Below are positions 26,713-40,242 of a stretch of DNA of 64,000 bases, one piece after another. The notes below the pieces were generated by a model. The model searched no databases, was not told where the DNA came from, and was given only the letters and a program-made list of their open reading frames with translations. Both the position numbers and the translations under genes were made by a program. Origin of the DNA: Callorhinchus milii (taxonomy: Eukaryota); assembly GCF_018977255.1 (NCBI RefSeq), contig NW_024704743.1, forward strand, positions 9,116,001 to 9,180,000, written 5' to 3'. The stretch's first letter is position 1, and each line of letters begins with the position of its first letter.

Positions 26713-28221
26713 ACGGGTACCACAGTAGTGGCTTTACAGCACCAACTGCAATCACCAAGCCCAGCTTTGTACTTAAAAGCAAATAATGAATCCTTGAAAG
26801 TGCCGTAATAAATCTGTGTATTTCCACTCTTGACCTATTGCTTGACCTAGTTATCAAGACAAAGGCATCACTATGTAAGGCATCTTTAGGTGCAGCTTCT
26901 AGGCATTAGTTTGCCCACAAAATATAGCCAATTCACTTTACAGTAAATTCTGTGAAGCGCTTTGAGACGTCCCGAAGACGTGATAAAGTGTACTATATTA
27001 AATGCAAGGATTATTATTATTATCGGGACATTGCTGTACCAAATCGGCTGCTGCTTTCGCCCACACAAACAGAGTAATTACATTTTACAGTACATCATGT
27101 GAAGTGCCGTGGGACATCCTTCAGACGTGAAATGTGCTCATATTTCAGATTTCAGGTCAGGTGGACATCACAAAGCATTTCACACAAACTACTGGGAACC
27201 GAGGCTGGGCGTAGGGGAAACTAAGGAGAGATGAAAAGTGGCCGAAAGGATGGTCAAAGAAATAGATGTTAAAGTGGGATTTGGAAATGGAGAGGTTTGG
27301 GGCAAGGGAGAGTGACTATGGGATTGAGCTCCAGAGAACAGGGGCAAAGTGGCTGAATCCATTCCATTCCTTACTCATTCAAGGAATTTGAAGACAATTA
27401 GTTATTCTGCACTGAATTTCCCTTGGTGTGATAAATGGAATATTTTCTTTAGAAAACCATTGAAATGGTGCATAAAGCAACATTTAATATTGCATTATAC
27501 ATTTGTTTCCTTTCCCGCCTAGCAAAAGCGCTCCATAGAAAACATGCTTGGGTTATAAAACTATAATTTGTATCTCCTTTAATCTTTCACATTTAATTAA
27601 CTTCAGCATTTTTATCATTGCCAACTGTGATACAGAGCAGCAGACTGCACTCATGACATTATGATGGTTTTTTTTGCACAATAATGTACTAAATTGACAA
27701 CTCTGTCTCAAGTTCCTGCCAAATTAGACGCAGACCAGTAATTTTGCATTGCAGATCTAAACATTTCTTAATAAATAATGTGGGGACGACACTTCTCTGT
27801 ACAGCTGCAAGCACAGTACACTTTCTCAGACTTTCTATGAATAGTTTATATATGCATGCCCACTCCTCAATATCTCCATAATACATATTTTGAGGTCCGG
27901 ATTATTTTCTTCCTGAAGTCAACTCTTCCAGTGTATTTTACAAAAATCTCTGAAATTTGGTTTCTATAACTGTGATACAGGGAAGGTTGTATAATTAAGC
28001 AGTACAGTGCATAATTTATTTTTAAAAAATTGTCAGTCAATCCACGACTGTTTGTAGGACATTGCTGGACACAATTGGCTGCTCCATTTCGCCCACAAAA
28101 TATTCAGTCAATCTACTTTATAATATATTCTGTGAAGTGCTTTGTGACATCTCAATGATGTGATAAGGCGCTTTATCAAATGCAAGGACTATTATGAAAA
28201 ATTATAAATATAAGAATTGTT

Positions 28222-29150
28222 ACAACAACAAGAAATTGCATTCATACAGCACCTTTCATGTCGAGAGGATGTTCCAAGGCGCTGGACAGTGAAGGGATTG
28301 CACCCGATCTGGGGGTTGGAGTCAAGAAGGGAAGTGGGAGGATGATCGAAGGCATGGTCAAAGAGGAAGGTCTTCCTTTCTGAGACAGGCCTTCAATGAG
28401 CAAGGAAGAGGAGAGGTGGAAGAGCTCTGGGATGGAGTTCTGGGGGTGGGGGGGTGGGGAAAGGTTGAAGACCTAACCATCAATGGTGAGGCAGGCAGGG
28501 TGGGGAACATGGAGCAGGTCACTGCCTGCTGAGTGGAGGAAGCGGGCAGGTTGGTAACTTTTTAGGAAAGGTGCGATAGACTCACGGAGCTTAATGCGGG
28601 AGAGGGCACGAGCTGCACATTTCTGAATGATCTGCAACTTGTGGAGGGAGGGAGTCTGAACGTGATGAAAGCTTGGATAAGGATCTTGGTGGCCCAAGGG
28701 GAGAGGTAGTGGTGGAGGTGGGCAATGTTGCAGAGGTGGGAGAGTGCTGATCAGGTCATGGCACGAATGTAGGGTTTAAATGGCAGTTGAGGGTGAAACA
28801 ATATGCCAAGGTTCCGTACAGGCTCAGTGAGGTGTAGAGTGCATCCTTGATGCTGTCAACGACCAAGGTGAAGAGGCACTGATGGGAGCCAAGCAGCAGG
28901 ATCAGCTTCTTGTCGATATTCAACTGGAGAAAATGGTCCTAGAGTCTTGGGTGGAGGCAGAGAGATAAAGTTGGGTGCCATGTGCATACATGTGGAAGTT
29001 CTATCATTATATCATCTGCAAACCATGTCTGCAGATGATATCACCAAGCGGGAGCATATAGATATTGAAGAGGAGGTGACCAAGGACAGAGCCCTGAAGA
29101 ACGCAGCACGTGGTAGTGTAAGGACTGAAGGAGAAGCTGTTAGCGGATAG
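28222..29150 (-). mobile_element. L2 LINE fragment (RT end to tail)
   Basis: Motifs LHKLQIIQ.CAARALSR and GSVLGHLLF.IYM.PLG.II (degenerate); (GTT)n-type tail. Confidence 0.85.
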
Positions 29151-29379
29151 AAAGTGGACAATATACCATAGCATTTCATTTGCTGTTTTAAAATTTTCTT
29201 TCGCACATTGTCTGGACGTTGAAAGTACAGCGTATGCTCATTACTGCCAGGCTCCTTTTTAAATTCCTATATTCTTAATTCAATTCAATTCCATGCTTTG
29301 TAAATGCTTTCCATTCTCAAGTAAAACAAATCTACCTGTGTGCAATACACTTATTACTGTTACATTTAATTTCCTACAT

Positions 29380-31440
29380 GTTTGCCCAGTTTCATTAGTG
29401 ATCTAAATCCTTTCACAAATCTTTCGCTGCATCCTCCGTCTCCAATGCTCCCTTTATTTATTGTCATTCGCCAGGAAATTTGACTATCTTACAGCTAGTT
29501 TCTATATTCAAGTAATTTACGTAGATGAGAAATAACAAGGATTGAAGCGCTGACGGATCTCGTGGGACTCCACTTATCACATTGCCCAGTCTGGAATTAA
29601 CCTGTTTCTTACTCTCCCTGGTTTCCAGTTCAATTAGAAGTCTTTCAGGTGAAACTTTGTCAAAAGCTTTTTGAAACTCCATATAAACTGCATTACATGA
29701 ACTATCGGGAGACCCATTGCAAAGTGGTTAGCGCATTCACCTCACAAGCAAGAAGACCTGGGTTTGATTCCCGGGCAGAGCAAAACCTTAGGCAAGTTTC
29801 CTTACTTCACACACCTCTCTAGGGCTCAATTTATGTAGTAGCAAGTAGGAACCTAGTTGGCGTATCACTTGGTGGCGATAATAATCCCTCCAAAAAAAAT
29901 AAATGGTCACCCAATCCACGACTGTTTGTGGGACACTGCTATGGCTACTGTGTTTTGCCAACAAAATATACAGTCAATCCACTTTACAATATATTCTGTG
30001 AAGCCCTTTGATACGTCTCAACAGAGTGATAAGGCACTATATTTAACACAAGGATTATTATTATTATTACTTCTATTGACTGTAACAACCCCAAAGAAGC
30101 TAAGGTGATTATCCAGGGATGATCGCCCCTCCTAAGGCCATACAGACTGTTAAGTTATTTGTTTATAGGTTTTACTCCAAACTGCCCTCAGAATTGCTTC
30201 CATTATTTCACATGCCATTGTTACTTGGTTAAAGGGTCCATATTAGTAATGTGGCTCTTTTTAAATATAAATATTGTCTTTGCATGTTTCTAGTCCTGTA
30301 AATCTCTAGGGCTCAATGATTCCACCATGATGACAGCCAGTGGCATGGAAATCTCCTCCTGGATCTCCTTCAACATCCCAGGAAACAGACAGCCCAGAGG
30401 ATTTACTGTAAATTCTTCTGGTTCAAGGACCTCTTGTAATGAACTTTGAATCCTAAGGCTAAAGGATGCACCTCAGTTCCATACTCTACAGTGAATACTT
30501 CTAGAAAATATTCACTTAACATGTAACTTTCTTTAATTTCACTTCCTTTTCCAGAATTCTAACATCCTATCTCGCTGTTCTTTTACAACACTGTGTGATA
30601 CTCAAGAACCATTCACATTTAATCTTAGCATCTGAGCTATACTCATCTCTAGGGTCCTCTTTGCAAGTCTAATGTCTCTTTTAAACTGTTTAGCAAATTC
30701 CTACTTTCCTCTCAGATCTCTCTCCTTCATTTTTCCCTTTGTATAATTTTTCTCCCTTTATTATTCCCACTTTCATTGACCTATTTATTCCAGTTTGGAA
30801 TAGTTTACACTTATTTTTCCTAGGTGTTTACTTGTTTTTCACTGTATTGCCAGAGGTACCCTCCTTATGAGATATTAAACTGAAGTCCTGTTTGGATGCA
30901 CTTTAAAGATTCCATATTCAAAAAGAGAAGATTTTCTCCTAGAATCCTGGTCGATAATCCCTCAGGTAAAATTGGTCGTTCACTTCATGGCTATTTGTGG
31001 GACATCGAAATGTGCAAATATGGCATTTGTCTACTAAATACAGTCACTACACTTTACAGTGGATCCTGTGAAACACTTTGAAACATCCCCCGGACATGAA
31101 AGGTGCTAAATCAATTGCAAGATTTTCTTTCTTTCCTTTCTTCAATTCTTTGAAGTTTTCCTTTTAGGAATTGTGCACTTTTGCCCTGGGTCTCACTAGT
31201 CACGCAATAACCAGAGAATCTGCTAAAAAGTATTCATATCACTCAGTGATCCCTAGAGCTTCCACTGCTTCCCCATAATGGATGTTGTCTAAATCCCTTG
31301 GAAGAAATAGTTTCCAGTTGTGAATTATCCCTTGTGGGCAACTCATTGGGGTTATATGAAACCGCAAGCTCTAATTCACCCACCAAAACCTTTATGCAAG
31401 AGTTATGGACACACACATCTGAATGCATCCAGTCTGAGCA
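29380..31440 (-). mobile_element. Fragmented CR1 LINE (endonuclease to RT), interrupted by SINEs at ~29705-30072 and ~30860-31125
   Basis: ORF MEFQKAFDKVSPERLL...SGVPR...LFLIYVN...KFPG, with upstream CR1-like lysine-rich and endonuclease-like sequence. Confidence 0.7.
29705..30072 (+). mobile_element. SINE-A, long subfamily, inserted in a CR1
   Basis: Head gtggttagcgcattc...ggtttgattccc and (ATT)n tail. Confidence 0.8.
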
Positions 31441-31492
31441 GATCTATATAGAAAGAAGTATTTACGTGGGTGGGTACCTCCAAATAATAATA

Positions 31493-31812
31493 TAATAATA
31501 ATAATCCTTGCATTTGATACAGCGCTTTTCACGTCAGGAGGACGTCCCAAAGCGCTTCACAGAACACACTGTAAAGTGAATTGACTGTATATTTGTGGGC
31601 GAACGCGGCAGCCAATTGCGCACAGCAATGTCCCACAAACAGTCGTAGATTGAAAATGACCAATTTATTATTGTTTTGGGTTTTTGGAGGGATTATTATT
31701 AGGCTCTGTGTGGAGTAAGGAAACTTGCCCAAGGTTTCGCCCTCTGCCTGGAATTGAACTCAGGTCTCTCACTTGCAAAGCGAGTGCTCTAACCACTGAG
31801 CTACAGGACTCC
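31493..31812 (-). mobile_element. SINE-A, young full-length copy
   Basis: Nearly identical to 58262-58591; CpGs largely intact. Confidence 0.9.
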
Positions 31813-31817
31813 ACATA

Positions 31818-32120
31818 TAATAATAATAATCCTTGCATTTGTAATTGCGCCTTATCACGTCTTCAAGACGTCTCAAAGTGCTTCACAGAATATACTATAA
31901 AATTAATTGACTGTATATTTTTGTGGGCAAAACAAGGCAGCCAACTGCACACAGCAGTGTCCCACAAACAGTCGTGGATTGAGTGACCACATTTTTGTAA
32001 AGGGATTATTACCCCCTATAATAATAATCCTTGGATTTGATATCGTGCCTTATCACATCGTCCAGCAGTCCCAAAGCCCTTCGCAGAATGTATTCAAAGT
32101 GAGCTGACTGTATTTTTTTT
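31818..32120 (-). mobile_element. Two further 5'-truncated SINE-A copies in head-to-tail array
   Basis: Tails start at ~31818 and ~32019. Confidence 0.8.
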
Positions 32121-32530
32121 ACCAAATGCAATGAGACTTTTCCTACGACAAAGGCTTGACAGTTACTGTATGTACCCTCTCTGAGGCTAGCGCCTTCTCT
32201 AAATTAGAAGGCAATGTTTCTGAATCCTCAATAACTGTAATGCTTGGCTCAGCGTTTGCAGTGGAGAGACACATTTGTGGTAATTTGGCTGAGAATCGGT
32301 TGGGACTTGCTGTGTAGTATGTACCAGGACATGGTACTGAATATTACATTATTTTCAAACCTCTTCACCAGTGATGTGTGAGCCATCTGCTTTCCTGAAT
32401 CTGGCATGAAAGCAAATGATTAGCATTGCTATGAGCTCTGCCAAACTGAGATTTAAATGTCAGAAAATGAAAGGGAGGATACTCAACTCTGAAAACTCAC
32501 ATCTACCTTAGCTCATGCAATAACATATAA

Positions 32531-32733
32531 AATCCCTCCAAAACCAAAACCAATAATAAAATTGGCATTTTCAATCTACGACTGTTTGTGGGACATTGCT
32601 GTGCGCAATTGGCTGCCGCGTTCGCCCACAAATTTACAGTCAATTCACTTTACAGTGTGTTCTGTGAAGCGCTTTGGGACGTCCTTCCGACGTGAAAAGC
32701 GCTATATCAAATGCAAGGATTATTTTATTATTA
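32531..32733 (+). mobile_element. SINE-A, young 5'-truncated copy
   Basis: Nearly identical to 62421-62640. Confidence 0.9.
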
Positions 32734-33379
32734 TAAAAGGGAATGATACACAAGAGATAATCTCATGACCAGCTTGTTCAGTTAGATTTCTGAAATTGCA
32801 CAAGCAAAAATGGGGTGAAAAATATAAGAATCCTGTTTCCTGTGTCAATTTTTTAAATCCCATTATTTCTCATCGTAGACAAAACGGTGAAAATGCAAGA
32901 TTTCAACAAAGATTAAATAATTATTAAATCTGTTGTTAAATGTTGCAGTTTCAACCTGATACTTTCTTTCATTGTATTTCAGCTATCTTTTTATCAACCA
33001 GACACTACTGTACAAGAATTGGCAGATAATAAACAGCATATGCCAGGATGGGCATAGCAGTCCAGTGTCACTCCTTTAATATTCAGCTGTCCACCCATAT
33101 GGAGCAGTGTTGAGCCTGCTTCTCGCCCTTTGCCTCTGTTCATATGTCTGTTGTTAGAGCGTTCAGCAATTCTTGGCTAATTTTCAATATTCCCTGATAC
33201 TGAGGGGCATGGAGAATAGAGAGAAGTCCATTCAATTTATTCATAACATTTCCCTGAATAAACTCACTGAAACTGTTACCCTTGAGTCAAAATGCTGGTT
33301 GATTTTCCTCTCCTCTGTCTATAAGCACTAAAACCAATTGCAACATCCCCATCCCAACATCTCTCTCCACTTGAGAACA

Positions 33380-33800
33380 GCTAAGTGAGCATAAAGGGGC
33401 AAGACGTTCCTGGTAAAGGTGATTCCAACTTCAAATAGCCAGAATATTTACCCCTATAGGCCAACGAGAAAGTGACTTTCATGTTTTTTAACCTTATCTC
33501 TCCCCGCATTTGGAAATCTGTATCCTCAAGCAATTTCCCAAAGCTTGGTGACCAACAAACTTTGCACAATTTCAGCAGGGTGGAGGTCGAAGGCACTGCC
33601 ATCCCCAGATGTCTCTCATAAACTACTGAATCAGTATTGCATTCCAAAGCACAGTGCTGTAAAGACCCTCTGTTTTTACAATGATATTTTCCACCAATTC
33701 ACTGGATGACTGTACTCCTTTGTAAAGGATCTGGGGGTAATCTTCTGTCACAGTATTGAACTACCAACCCACAAGTGCTCCTCTGGGACCCAAAACTAAA
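33380..33800 (-). mobile_element. Possible ancient Penelope-like RT remnant
   Basis: Weak motif echoes only: VVYERHLGMAVPS (compare Y.Q..G.AMGS) and MKVTFSLAY...YLKL (compare IKFT.E...FLD). Confidence 0.25.
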
Positions 33801-35559
33801 CAGTAACTTGAAAGGAACTTTTACTGCCTTCCAAATCACTCAACATCTTGGGGATTTCTTAAAAAATTATCACAAGTACAATTCCTAATGTAAAATCATC
33901 TCCAACAAAGCACGTCTGCTGAGATGCGCCCGCTAAAGGAGGTCAATTAGAGGGTCAGTCAAGCACTGGCTGGGAACTGCTCATGTACATTTTCAGAGCA
34001 TCAACTGTGACAGTGATGCTCATCAAAAGATCAACTGAAATCTGGAGCCTTGGATTGTAAGAATATTTGTTTTTATTTAAAATTACCTTCAAGAATTAAT
34101 TAAAAATAATTTTAAATATCCATAATTACAGGCTATGTTAAATGAACACAAATTGTGGAGTAAAGGAATTACATTGCCACTTTAAATTAAGTTGCAAAAA
34201 TATTATTGCTCTCCTACTTTTTATGTGAGCTGACCTGAGAAGTGTGATGGATCCATTACCTCTCTGAATTTAAAATTGCTTGCTACCAACTATTCGATAC
34301 TGAGGGATTTGCTTTTACCATTGCAACATGTAATGAGGCAAAGCCATGAGGGAGAAGCGCAAAGTGTCAATCAGAGAGAGATTCACACAGCTCTGTAGAG
34401 GGAGATTTAGAAAGGTGGTTGGAGTAACAAAGAATGGATGGGAACTAGAGGATGCACAGACACAGTTAACCCTCTACTATGCAGAAGCTTCAGCATTAGG
34501 GAGAGTTCTGTGAAGGCAGATAAAGCTGACCTGGGGAACCTCTGCAACTCCATGCAAATTGAAAACACACGATTAATCCATCATGCACAGGACACAAACT
34601 AAGGGGAAAATGTTGCAAAGATGCAGAAGCATTAAACGTAATGGAACTGAATACAAAGATAAAACAAATCACAGTGCACGTAGAAAGAGAGGATCTCAAT
34701 AAAACAGCAGACCTCAAATTATAATAATAATAATCCTTGCATTTGGTAATATCACCTTATAATGTCACTGAGATTCTAAAAGCGCTAGACTAATGTTTCA
34801 AGCTGCCTGGGAATCAAATCTGGTCCTCTCACTTTGAGGCGAGAGCGCCACTATGCTACAGGACTCCTTAGTTGTGAAAGTAGTAGGAAAGTCAGACAAC
34901 AACAACTTGCATTTATGTTGTGTCCATCGTGATTATAAATGTTTCAGGAATGCTGTATAGTGGTGGGAATGTGTGTCGAGTGAATGGGGAGGGGAATTTG
35001 CAGTTTTGTGTAAAATTTAAAGATAGATAAAGAGAGGCCGAGGTGGAGGGATTGAGGTATAGAGTTCCAGAGAATATGAAAAGAAATCATATTAAATGCT
35101 TTCTAGTCATTGCCTACAAAATACATAATCCCAACACTATCAAATGGTTTCTGTCTTCAGGTTACTTCAGCATTACCACAATTTTGAACAAGTAAAGATT
35201 TTGTTTTTCTTTTTTTTAGTGGATGAAACTAAATATCTGCTGGCTGAGTTAAACTAAAAATAGCAAAGATGAAGTGTTGAATGGCTGTTGGGAGAAACCA
35301 CTGTCAAGAAGTCAAAGGGGCAACCAGCTCCAAACTAATGTTCAGGGACAAGAACAAGTGCAAATTCAGTACTTTGTGCTAATTATGTTTATTACATAAA
35401 CAGAAGCAGATTTGCATCAACCCTGAGCAAAGACGGGCAAAGCCGTTAGGCAGAAGAACGATTGCAGAATATCTCAATGATCCAGGTGTTTAAAATAATA
35501 ATGAATGGCAGACATAATAGCAGAATATTTATATCTCTTCATTTAAGAAAAAGGGGGTT

Positions 35560-36400
35560 GGGAATGTTGAAAGTTGAATGGAACAAAAAGTCAGCTGTAA
35601 CAAGAACAGAAATAGTACCTACAAAGGATGCAACGTTACATGAGCTATTAACTGGAGTCAGTAATTCAGGAGATGGAGCTACAACCTATGACAGGCAAAT
35701 GACTACTGTGGCAACAATTCACAAAACTGGTAGAGCATCGGATTTTAGTTCGCTTTTCCTTCTGTCTTGCAAAGGCTGAAGCCAACAATACTTGGTAAAT
35801 CCGGGGATAATCAGACAGGTTGCAAGCAAGCATTTATGATAAGAAGCATATCAGAGAGATCAGCTGAACTCTAGAGACCAGAGTCTTTCGGTTTTGTAAG
35901 GGTTGCAAATAACTTTCCGATTCTGCACAGCAAAAAACATCTGATGAAAGAATCTGAAAAGTATGAAATATCCAAATAAATCAGAACCAGCGAGAGAATA
36001 CATAAAAAGAATATGCAAAGAAATGGAATGCTGTGCAAAGGCAGAGGGCAAGCTACCAAATGTTTTTACTGAAAACAGTTGCGAGACAAGAATGCTTCCT
36101 TTCACCAGTGCACTCCAAAACTGTAATAGCAAGGCTACACGAGAAAGATGGAAAACATCTGGGATTTACATGGATGAAGGACAGAATTAGATTCGCCAGA
36201 TAATATAGTGCGCTTCTCTGCGAAAACTAACAACCTGCAAACTAAATCTACCCAGCCTAAGTGTTAAAGCAAATGGTGCCTGGCTGAATCCAGCCAACAG
36301 TAAAAAAAAATTCAGTGCGTCTGGAAACATAGATGACAGAATTGTTACGAGAATCGTCCCTTTTAACGAGAAGTTAAGTTAAGGATTTTTCAAGTTGATA
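35560..36400 (+). mobile_element. Degenerate RTE-clade LINE RT remnant
   Basis: Ordered, frameshifted motifs: TIHKTG..SD (IHKKG..D), GF.KG, ARQECFLSP (VRQGC.LSP) and RFA/DNIV (RFADDIV). Confidence 0.55.
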
Positions 36401-36639
36401 TTAAACTTGATGCACACATGAAGTGAGAAGGGAAATAGAGGGAATGGGAGAGTGGATTTTTAAGGGTTGGAAGCTTGCATGGAGTGTAATCATGGCATGG
36501 ACGAGCTGGGCCAAATGGCCCATTTCTTTGCTAATCTATGTAATTAAACATCCCATGCCACTATTTAGAAAAAGGGAATTTCTCCAGGTTTTCATTAAAA
36601 CTCCTCCAGATTAATTCAATCAATCATCTTATGACTACT

Positions 36640-37150
36640 TTTTGCTGGTTGTAAACAGCTTATGTATTTGCGTGCAGTTCTGATCACAGTGAAATAAAGG
36701 GGCCACCGAGGCTCTGGAGGTAGCATAGACAACAACTAGGATGACCCCAGAGTTGGAGGAATAGGCTATGAGCAACAATTAGACAACCACGGGCTCTTCC
36801 ATTCTGATAGAACATGTCTCAGAGGGGACCTTATAGAAATGCATACAATTCTAAATAAGATTGATCAAGTAAATCCAGAACAATACTTTACGATGCACCA
36901 TGTGTAGAGGTAGAACAAGAGGACAAAGCTTTAGAGTACTAAAGTGCAATTTCAGGGCAGATACCAGGAAGGCTTTCTTTATCCAGAGCATAATTAATGC
37001 CTGGAACAGGTTGGCAAAGAAGGGTGGTTGAGGCCAGAACATTAGACTTGTTAAATAAACAGTTTGATGCTGTGATGGGAGGATGGGTGTTCTGGAAGGA
37101 TGAGATCAGATGGGCCAAAGGGCCTTACTCAACTGAACCAAATCTTGTGA
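36640..37150 (+). mobile_element. CR1 LINE 3' fragment
   Basis: Motifs LRGDLIEM, RTRG..L and IINAWNRL, plus tail agatgggccaaagggcct. Confidence 0.75.
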
Positions 37151-37464
37151 TCACCTATGAAGCACTTGAGCTGCTTGAAAATAAGGTGCAATGCAAAATG
37201 TAAGTTACCTCTGTGGTTACATCAGGTAGTTAGCCTGCAATTTATGCGTGTGCATACTGTTAGAAGCAAGGTGGAATCACTCCCAACAGGATAAACACAG
37301 CATAAATTGTCAATTAACGTTCTTCATTTAGGGACATGAGACATCACATCACCCTCTCCATTTTCAATAGCAAAAGCCCAGACTGATCTAAACCTGATAA
37401 CATTTATATTTTATTCTCCTTATATATAACACTCCATTTGTAATAACTCACTTCTCACACACTT

Positions 37465-38815
37465 GAGCATAGAGCCCAGCAGCGTGAGGAGGGAACTGAG
37501 TGAGGTGGAACAGAGTGAGAATTCGGTTAAGGAATTTGGTGAGAGTGGGAATTTGGTGCAGAGGGGGAAAGAGGTGCATAATTATAAAATATATAATAGT
37601 TGTATTAAAATAACTTAAAACATGTCTGGGAATATGGCAGGGCAGCTGAGACCGGTTGCATGCACATTGTGTGCCATGTGGGAACTCCAGGATGCTTTGT
37701 GTGCCCTCGACAAGCACATGTGTAGGAAGTGCCTCTGGCTGCTCGAGCTTGAACTCAGGGTTTCTGAGCTCGAGGAGAGGCGGTTGTCACTACATAGCAT
37801 ATGAGGGGCTGAAGAGTTAGTGATAATGGGGGACTTCAATTATCCGAACATAGACTAGCAAAGTAACAGTGTAAAGGGCAAGGAAGGAGAAGGATTCCTG
37901 AAATGTGTGTAACTTTCTGGATCGGTATGTTTCCAGCCCAACGAGGAAGGAAGTGGTGCTGGATCTAGCGCTGGGGAATGAAGTGGGCAAGTGGATGAGT
38001 ACTTTGCTCTGTCTTCAAGAAGAAAAGAATGCAGCCAATGCCACAGTATCAGAAGAGAGGGTAAAGAAATTAAATAAGATAAGAATAAGCCGAGAGGAGG
38101 TACTAAAAAGGTTGTCGGTGCTCAAGGTAGATAAGTCAACCGGTCCAGACGGGATGCATTCTAAGTTACTGATGAAGATAAGGGTGGAAATAACGGAAAT
38201 AACGTCAGTAGTGGGGTAACTTCTAGAGACTATAATCCGGGACAAAATAAATTTTCACTTTGAAAAATATAGGTTAATAAAGGACAGTCAACATGGATCT
38301 GTTAAAGGCAAATCATGTCTAACAAACCTGATAAGAGTTTTTTGAAGAAGTAACGGAGAGGGTAGATGAAGGCAGTGCAGTTGATGCAGTTTATATGGAT
38401 TTTCAAAAGGCATTTGATAAAATGCCACATAAGAGATTTGGGAGCAAAATAAGAAGCCCACAGTATTCAAGGGACAGTGGCAGCATGGATATAGAACTGG
38501 CTGGGAGATAGAAAGCAGAGAGTTGAGGTGAATGGTTGTTTTTCTTACTGGAGGGAAATGTGCAGCGGTGTTCTCCAAGGGACCACTGCTGTTTTTGATC
38601 CATATAAATGACCTGGACTTGGGTATAGGGAGTACAATTTCCAAGTTTGCAGGTAATACTAAGCTAGGAAAAATAATAAACACTGAGGAGGATAGTAGCG
38701 GACTGCAAGAAGACATAGACAGACTGGTAAAATGGGCAAACACGTGGCAGATGAAATTTAATGTGGATAAATGCGAAATGATGCATTTTGAGAAGAAGAA
38801 TGAGGAGAGGCATAA
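37465..38815 (+). mobile_element. Internally deleted CR1 LINE with 5' region, ORF1 zinc-finger/leucine-zipper start, endonuclease and RT
   Basis: ORF1 MAGQLRPVACTLCAMWE...HMCRKCLWLLELELRVSELEE; ORF2 LVIMGDFNYPNID, GPDGMH, QHG.VKGKSCLTNL, YMDFQKAFDK, GPLLFLIHINDL, LQEDIDRLVKWANTWQMKFNVDKC; contains stops and frameshifts. Confidence 0.92.
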
Positions 38816-39074
38816 GTGGAAGAGGTAGGTTTTAAGGTGCCTTAAAGACAGATGGGGAGGGGCAAGATAGAACCCTAGTGAGAGGGTGTTCCAGAGGTTG
38901 GGGATGTAGAATCTGAAGGCTTGGCACTGATGGTAGCAAGGTGTGGAAGCAGACCCACAGCGGACCCGAGTTTGCCAAAAGAGGGAAAAAGCAGAGGAGC
39001 AAATAGTTTTCTAATAGGTATCTTCATTTTAATAGTTCCATGATGCACACTGGATATACTGTACTGCCTTCCTG

Positions 39075-39420
39075 CAACACAATGGGAGCCAGTATCTGAT
39101 GTAAAAACATTTCGCTGGTTAGGCAAAATGTTGGGCATGTTTCCTTCCTTCACACACCTCTGTTTACCTAGCAGTAAATAGGAACCTGGCTGTTAGTCGA
39201 TTGGCGGAAAACTTTTCCGGGGGTAATAATTCCTTCAAAAAAAATTGGGCACTTCAATCCATGACTGTTTGTGGGATGCTGCTATGTGCAATTGGCTGCC
39301 AGTTTTGACCACAAAATATATACAGTCACTACACTTACAGTAATATTCTGTGAAGCACTTTGAGACATCTCGAAGATACAAGGAGCTATATCAAAATGCA
39401 AGAATTATTATTATTATTTC
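39075..39420 (+). mobile_element. SINE-A, long subfamily
   Basis: Block cctctgtttacctagcagtaaataggaacc and (ATT)n tail. Confidence 0.8.
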
Positions 39421-40242
39421 CATTCCTATAGTACAACAGCGCTCCAGTTCACATGATGCAGTTTAAAAATGGGAGCAAAGTAAAAAAAACAGGAACAGGC
39501 AGCCGTACAGCCCATTGAGCTGGTTCACCAATTTATTAGATCTTGTTGGATTTACCTTTTAATTGACTTTCACCCTTGAAATATGCTATTGAGAATGAAG
39601 ATGTCACACATCTTAGCTTCCAAACTAAAAATACATACTCTCAGTTGAGAAAATTATCCAATTCTTTTGATACATTGGTGAGTGTTACAAATCCCTGTCT
39701 TGCAACCCTCTTCAGCATGATGCTGAATTTATACTGCATATTTGACAGTGATTTGCTACTAGCCAACAGTTTGGGCAGCAACACAAATGGCTATTGGCAC
39801 CAAGCTCTGAAAATTATCTGAAGAGATGGCCACTTCTGTATTAATGTTTAAAAACACCATTTTGTTGTTGTGTACATTCGCTAAAGCACGGATCATAAAT
39901 AATAATCCTTGCATTTGATACAGAGCTTTGTACGTTGGGAGGACGTCTCAAAACGCTTCAAAGATTTACTGTAAACTGCAGTGACTGTGTATTTTTGTAG
40001 GTGAACACAGCAGTGAATTTGCACACAGCAATGTATTACAAACAGTCATGAAATGAGTGACTAATTTTATTTATTTGGGGGACTACTGTCCAGGACACTG
40101 GGAAAAGAAACCTTCACTTTTCAAATCATGCCATGAGATCTTTAACGTCCATCCAACCAATCTGTGCCAATGTTTATATTCCACACGAGTCAAACAGGCA
40201 GACAGCACTGGAGCTTAACGTTTCATCCAAAGACGGAAGCAC

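Noticed and set aside
31493..32120. CRISPR-like or satellite array
   Set aside because: Adjacent SINE copies of unequal length in eukaryotic DNA; no repeat-spacer periodicity.
37622..37804. Stand-alone zinc-finger gene
   Set aside because: It is the CR1 ORF1 N-terminus, joined by deletion to CR1 ORF2 sequence.
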